DNA of 64,000 nucleotides, taken from Saccostrea cucullata (lineage: Eukaryota). Positions 60,135-64,000 of this stretch are shown piece by piece. Position 1 is the first letter of the stretch. Each line of letters begins with the position of its first letter. The notes beneath the pieces are model-generated. The model was given only the letters and a program-made list of their open reading frames with translations. It was not told the origin of the DNA and did not search any database. The DNA is taken from positions 682,001 to 746,000 of the forward strand of contig NW_026939884.1 of the NCBI RefSeq assembly GCF_032062105.1. The letters are read 5' to 3'. The position numbers and the translations under genes are program-made.

Positions 60135-63100
60135 GTAATGAGAAAATATCGATCCAACCAAGCTCTCCTTTAGTATTGAAAGGCTATGAATCATTCACCT
60201 TTTTCCCCTACACTGGTCCGCCATATAAATCTAATTAATAAAAAGAATTCCCGGGTTTCTCTCCTTAACGTTTTCATGAAGTACAAGAAAATACTTTTCT
60301 AATTCTACTATGTGGGAACAGATATATAGGGGTTTATTTTAAAGAGTCCCCATTTACCAATGGCTAACTTCCGTTCCCCAGCAGCTGGTTTCCTTGGGGA
60401 GTACAAATGCTTCCTAATCCCGTCAATCCATTTCATTACGAGAACCTAAGACGATCGATTGCGAGTCATTCTGAAGGTGGATAAACTCATTTCACTCATC
60501 AACCTGTTTTTAGCTTCGTTTACGAGCAAACGTAACCCTAGGCGGAAATCGTTATCTTTTTTTCGTTTAATTTGTTTCCTCTTTATTCTTTTTTTTTTGA
60601 ACTCGCGTTTCGTGTCCTCACAGTCTTACGTGATAAGTATTGTTATCCAATAGCAAGCGGCAAATACGATAAACAAATGTTTTATTTTTTAAATTGAGAA
60701 TATGAAGAAAACAGTTATTTAACATATATCTGAAAAAAAGAAAAAACTTTGTTTAGAAATCAAAATTATTTCACTTTTGGTATCGTGCTAATTGCTGGAC
60801 CTTTCATCAGACCTAGATGTACGACTTTTCTGATACGGAGTCCTAAATTGGCGTAGATTTATGCTCTGAATATTTCAAATGTCACCGCTCAATGTATGGC
60901 CTCTGTGCCTAGATTTACCACAAGCATATCAGATTACAGGACCATAATTCGATAAAAATTCTGGCGGCTCATTGTTTTCAGACAATAATAATTGATCATT
61001 TCAACTGAAACATCAGGGATTTTATATATGTATATAATGCACACCCCCGGACATAAGTGACAAAGAATGTCTCTAGAAACCAAACACGCATAATTGTACT
61101 GCATGTGGTTTGTGCAAATAACACTTTTTAAAATGCAATTGACAGACAAACCTCTTTGTTATCTTAAAAAATGATAGTTTTTCAACAGAGGAAATGATTG
61201 TCTTGCGTGCTGCAGATCTTTTTGTTTTTGCATTGTTTGAGACACAATTGAGAATGCGAGGATCGTGTAGCATTGAATGCACACAAATAAACAGTTCACA
61301 ATGTATTATTAATGTATAAAGACGCGAAGTCCAAGGTACTAAAATTCTAATTAAAAGTGCTATTTTGTAATCAATAACGCTGACACCTGTCGTCCAGTCC
61401 AAAATAATTTAGTTTTTTTTTCATCATAAGACAAATCAATACTATAAATTTCCCCACTCTCGTCCAATCTCGTTAATTTCTTACTCAAACTTGATGAGCG
61501 AAAACAGCAAAATCGATATGACTTTAAAATATGCAATTTTTTTTCCTAAAATACGAATCAAACATTGAGGTTCAAGAGGAAACAAGATTTACACGTCTTA
61601 TTTGTCAAAGTATTAGATTTACTCCAAACACCTATTAAGGTGGTTCATTACAAAACATTGACAAGAAAGATGCATTTAGAAAATGAGGTACTATATGTAA
61701 GACTTTTCTTTTACTTGAAAGATAAATAGGTTATTATTTCACTATATTTCGTTTTCTTTTTCACAAATCAATCAGTATGATAACTGAGTCAATTTGTATC
61801 AGTTTTGACATTTTGGAACTTTGGAATGATAATATGTAGATGTGCATGTAAATTTTTCTCGAAAGCCAATCATTGTAGGCATTCAAAAAGAGATCGACCA
61901 ATCACTGTCTGCATAAAAATGAGGGAAATACATGTAAGTTTAAGATATTGTTTGAGAAGATCTAAATGGAGATGTAAATTGTCAATGCTTTCGAAAGGTT
62001 TTCGGTAATGTAATGATGATACGACTGGATGTCGATCCCGACTGATTAATTCGATATCTGGTTTCACACAATGTATGAATCATCTTGGCAAGTTCTTGTC
62101 CACATTGTCTTTGTATTTATAGTGAACAAAACTCTTACTTCCAAATACCACATAAATGTATAAACTAGAAGACATTTGCCTTATTTGGAAGAAAAGGAGT
62201 ACTTGGTTCTTATCTTTGATATTATTTATCATTTGGTGTCCAGATATCCCTTGCTATCAGAGCATTTAAATAAAGATAGTAATAGTTTCAAATAAGAGAG
62301 ATGAAAGTAACAGTTATCCATGCATCGTTCAATCGACCTCGTCTACATGTATCTTGCATCATGTATAATTAAATTGCAGTGTTCAGTTTTATTCTGCGTT
62401 TCCTTGTCAAAATTCTCTACTCTTACTTGACGCGAAACTTTGGTTTTAAATATTTTATTTTTACTTTCTTCAAAAAGTCATATATTACCAGCATAGCTGC
62501 GCGCCCAAATTGTTTTCTATATAAGGGCCTCAGACTGAATTCGGTTTTACATCAGTGGTAGGAATTCCTGAAAGTAAATTGATTTATTCGATGTGGAACT
62601 AATCGCTTTCATCGTCTCAGAATTGATTAAAGAATCATTGAAGTGACACACGTAGATCGGAGTTGGCGATGACTTTTCTAGAGAATCGATAATTTCGTCT
62701 GTTTTTCCTCCCCTTCGTTAGTCTCATCTCATTTATCATCTAACCATATAAAATCCACCTCTCAGCTCGGCCATCTGGTTGGCTGATTAAGTTTTATCTC
62801 ACAACATTTTTTTTTTCATTAGATTGTATACTTCACAACTCGTCTGCAGAGTGGTAATTAATTAGGAGATATTGGCAAACATTATCACAATATTATAGAT
62901 TTCATGCAAAATTTAGAGCACCAGTAGTAACACGTTTTACTTGTTTGACATTGGTGCAATGGGGTGGCTATGGAAATATTGTTCACGTCTCACAGTATTG
63001 TATTATGCGCAATTTCAGCTTAATTTGTGTATCTTAACAAGACAGTAATTATAGTAGATTCGCAGATGAAAAAGAATCTAGTAAATAAAGTTTTCTCAAA

Positions 63101-63195
63101 GATTATTCCTTAAGATAAGCATGCGTTCTGTCATAGTTTTTTGAAATTTTAAAAAGAGTTTTCCTTTCTTGAATTTTTTTTCCTGATGATTCCAG

Positions 63196-64000
63196 GCACA
63201 TATCCGGTAAACCGCACATCAACTGATTCACCAAAAGCCGATCTCTTCACAACCAGCAGACGTCCCCAATCGCCTTCATCCATACGAAAGGCAGCATCTA
63301 CACAGACGCCCTCTCACTCCAAGTTAATCCGAAAACTGAGTGCAGAGGCCCTATCTCAACATAGAACATATCAAAGTGAGTTTGACTCGGTCAACTCACC
63401 TCGCAATCACAAATCCCTTCCTCTGTCAGTGTACCAACTGAACAGGGGAAATAAATCTTACTTATCTACCTCATCGGCCCTAAGCCCTGCCCATGGTGAC
63501 AATAAGAACAAGAGTACAGACACAGAGGAAAGGCACGTCCCAAGGTCTTCGTCTGCAAGGTTTAGAGATTTACAATTAGTGAAGAAACCGCTGCAGATAC
63601 CTTATGGTGAGTTTGAGTTTACAAGACCGGATCCGAGAAAACGGGTCGAGTTATCCAGATCAAGGGGGTTGGATGGCATGGCTCATATACATATCCTATC
63701 TGGTCAAGGATTGAAATCCTCCAAGATGACCCTTCGGGACCTTTATTGTGTTGTGTCCGTAGATTCTGTTAGTATAGCTCGGACAATGATTAGGACGGGG
63801 GCTGTGAACTTTGATTGGGATGAAGCTTTCGACATCGAATTAGAAGAAGCAAAAGAAGTGTCTCTTCTCATATACAACTGGGATCCAAATTTTAAACATA
63901 GATTGTGTTTTCATGGATCCTTATTCATCCAAGGGTGTTTATCTAGTAATATTATAAAGAAAGTTGCATTAAAAATGGAACCCAAAGGACTTCTATACCT
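63196..64000 (+). CDS. Syd-1/RhoGAP100F C2-domain exon, runs off the window (absent from the ORF track)
   Basis: Acceptor TTCCAG| at 63195, phase 1, compatible with the preceding exon. Open frame includes GMAHIHILSGQGLK..RDLYCVVSVD..ARTMIRTGAVNFDWDEAFDIEL..LLIYNWDPNFKHRLCFHG..ALKMEPKGLLY, the Syd-1 C2 domain. Confidence 0.88.

Overview
AT-rich eukaryotic DNA with spliceosomal introns. The repeat repertoire (Helentron-type HINEs, Meta/Deu-type tRNA SINEs, Naiad-like Penelope elements) suggests a bivalve, probably an oyster; this is inference. Three genes could be reconstructed by hand. (1) A complete kynurenine/alpha-aminoadipate aminotransferase (AADAT/KAT II) with 11 coding exons on the minus strand (30028->21917, 423 aa). 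(2) Head-to-head with it, a complete 7-exon BTB-BACK gene matching BTBD19 on the plus strand (30502->33718, 290 aa). (3) The PDZ and C2 exons of a Syd-1/RhoGAP100F (SYDE) gene (58655->window end). The rest is mostly nested transposon debris: decayed Penelope-like RT copies, a decayed mariner, MITEs with identifiable TIRs/TSDs, HINEs, SINEs, and an 8.9-kb composite TIR element with an internal tandem duplication. The two most unusual observations are both in AADAT. One is a ~1.4-kb array of ~50 copies of a 27-nt unit that is the end of coding exon 2 plus its splice donor. The other is a second, divergent AADAT first coding exon inside intron 1, which could swap the substrate-binding N-terminal arm. 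No prokaryote-type system (CRISPR, operon etc.) is present.
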